Source: Octopus sinensis (taxonomy: Eukaryota). Taken from it: a DNA stretch of 32,013 nt. This document shows, one piece after another, positions 30,150 through 32,013 of the stretch. The notes beneath the pieces were generated by a model. The model did no database searches, was not told the DNA's origin, and worked only from the letters and a program-made list of their open reading frames with translations. Made by a program: the position numbers and the translations under genes. The DNA is taken from NCBI RefSeq assembly GCF_006345805.1, contig NW_021836378.1, positions 1 through 32,013 on the forward strand. The letters run 5' to 3'. Within the stretch, counting starts at the first letter, position 1; each line of letters opens with the position of its first letter.

Positions 30150-30985
30150 TGGGCACACTGCAGCAGACTACAGCAACAGCCCCATATGTTGATGGCAGTT
30201 ACAAGGTTCCTTGAGTTGAATTTTGATTTCAAGAAAGTTTAACCCTTTAGTATTTAAACCGGCCATATCCGGCCAAAATATTTAATCTGCTTTATGTTCA
30301 AACTGACCAGATCCAGGCTCTCACACCTACCCTACAATGTTATTCTACATTAAGTAATTACACCATCAAGATCTTGAAGATATGAGATAATGCATGATTA
30401 ATTCAAATCAATGGGAATCAATAGACATTATGTTTGATTGAATAATCTGAACACTAAAGGGTTAAGGTCCTTGAAATATGCAGTGATGACCTTGTCTTTC
30501 ATTTTTCTGTGCAAGATATTGTCCATCTCCAGGATCCCAAGGTGCTTGTACCCGTCATCATCTCTGAGTCTTATATTCTCTCTTCGTTTGGCAATTCTAT
30601 GCCCTTACAATCTGCTCTTTTTCCCCCACTTCAGGGTGAGCACTGCACACTTTGAGATGCTGAATTCCATCCCTATATCTTTGCTACACATCTGCAGAGT
30701 CTCAAATAGCCTCTCCTCCATGGTTTTAAATCATCTGTGAAGAGAAGGTGGTTCAGACAAGGTCCATTCTTTCTCAGCCCATAGTGTGTGTTGACTTTGT
30801 ATAAGACCATTGAAAGTGGGATCAAAGCTATAACAAATAACAAAGGTGAACAAGAGTCTCCCTGGAAGATACCTCTTTTGATTGTTACCTTGGCTAAGTG
30901 CTGGTTGTAACAGGAAAATCGTGTTTTCCAGCTAGACATGCTGTTCTTAATCAGTGCACACACGTTCTCAGCTATTCCACACGTT
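30150..30985 (-). mobile_element. Decayed R4/Dong-like (RLE-type) non-LTR retrotransposon RT fragment
   Basis: Peptides IKRGIFQGDSCSPLLFVIALIPLS, NHLLFTDDLK, SKDIGMEFSISKCAVLTLK and GYKHLGILE. Across the MITE it continues LKSKFNSRNLVTAINIW. Confidence 0.8.
30239..30465 (-). mobile_element. TTAA (piggyBac-type) MITE
   Basis: TTAA|CCCTTTAG ... CTAAAGGG|TTAA. Confidence 0.9.
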
Positions 30986-31017
30986 TACTGTTTCAAAAAT
31001 CCACACCCTGGACAAAG

Positions 31018-31420
31018 TGCTTAGTGGTATTTCACCCATCTTTATGTTCTGAGTTCAAATTCCACTGAGGTCGACTTTGCCTTTCATCCTTAGGGGGTTG
31101 ATTAAATAAGTACCAGTTACACACTGGGGTTGATGTAATCAACTTAATCTCTTCCCCCAAATTTGAGGCCATGTGCTCCCAGTAGAAAGGATTATTATTA
31201 TGAAGGTGGTGAGCTGGCAGAATCATTAGCATGCTGGGTGAAATACTTAGTGGTATCTCATCTGTCCTCACCTTCTGAGTTCAAATTCCACTGAGGTCGA
31301 CTTTGCCTTTCATCCTTTGGGGGTTGGCAAAATAAGTACCAGTTCAACACTAGGGTCGTTGTAATTGACTGAGCCCTTCCCCCAAAATGGCTGCCCTTGT
31401 GACAAAATTTGAAACCATTA

Positions 31421-31455
<35 letters not shown>

Positions 31456-31682
31456 AGGTAGTGAACTGGCAGAATTGTTAGCACACCGGGCAAAATGATG
31501 CTTAGTGGCATTTCATCCATCTTAGTGTTTTGAGTTCAAATTCTGCTGAGGTCAACTTTGCCTTTCATCCTTTCATGGTTGCTAAATTAAGTACCAGTGA
31601 AATACTGGGGTCAATGGAATCAACTAGTCCCTTCCCCACAAATTTCAGGCCTTGTGCCTTTAGTAGAGAGGATTATTATAAT
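31018..31682 (+). mobile_element. Three older SINE B-subfamily copies head-to-tail, each with an (ATT)n tail
   Basis: Starts at ~31018 (5'-truncated), 31205 and 31457. Shared B head and central domain but a different 3' segment. Confidence 0.8.
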
Positions 31683-31752
31683 AAATCTACAAAATCAGGA
31701 TACACATGACAGTAAATAGCAACAACAACACCAATGGTATTACTAATAATGT

Positions 31753-32013
31753 GGAGGCGCAATGGCCTAGTGGTTAGGGCAGCGGACTCGCGGTCGCAGG
31801 ATCGTGGTTTCGATTCCCAGACCGGGCATTGTGAGTGTTCATTGAGCGAAAACACCTAAAAGCTCCACGAGTATCCGGCAGGGGGTGGTGATCCCTGCTG
31901 TACTCTTTCACCACTCTTTCTCCCACTCTTTCTTCTGTTGGCCTGCTCGCTTAGCCAGCGGGGTGGCGTCATTCGAAGGCTAAAACAATGCGAAGCGCAT
32001 TGTGACCAGCGAT
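31753..32013 (+). mobile_element. SINE family C subfamily with an alternative 3' region (runs off the window)
   Basis: Family C head and body to ~31930, then sequence unrelated to the other C copies. Confidence 0.85.

Noticed and set aside
31753-31830. tRNA-like sequences (also the heads of all SINE A, B and C copies)
   Set aside because: A and B boxes are present but there is no complete cloverleaf, and they continue into SINE bodies.

Overview
AT-rich, microsatellite-saturated animal genomic DNA (intronic or intergenic). Its repeat families look like an octopod cephalopod, which is my recognition from memory and not a database result. Nearly all ORF-track entries are artefacts of (TA/CA/TATG/GAT)n repeats or SINEs. 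The window holds three tRNA-headed SINE families (here called A, B and C), a headless RTE-tailed family (D), non-autonomous Helitrons, mariner derivatives, TTAA (piggyBac-type) MITEs, a solo LTR, and decayed CR1-, RTE- and R4-like LINEs, often nested. The most notable signal is four type I hammerhead-ribozyme motifs in three different elements. One is a fully canonical ribozyme (10452-10556, minus strand) inside a 483-bp-period partial tandem unit, the layout expected of a retrozyme or Penelope-like element. Other notable structures are SINE multimers enclosed by single target-site duplications, a locally templated inverted insertion, a mariner with two 5' ends, a solo LTR carrying NRF1/ETS motifs, and a Helitron-interrupted, frameshifted segment resembling the M4 helix of a Cys-loop channel. 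Only short, unidentified candidate host exons were found. TSD/TIR-defined ends are exact; ends of decayed elements are approximate.
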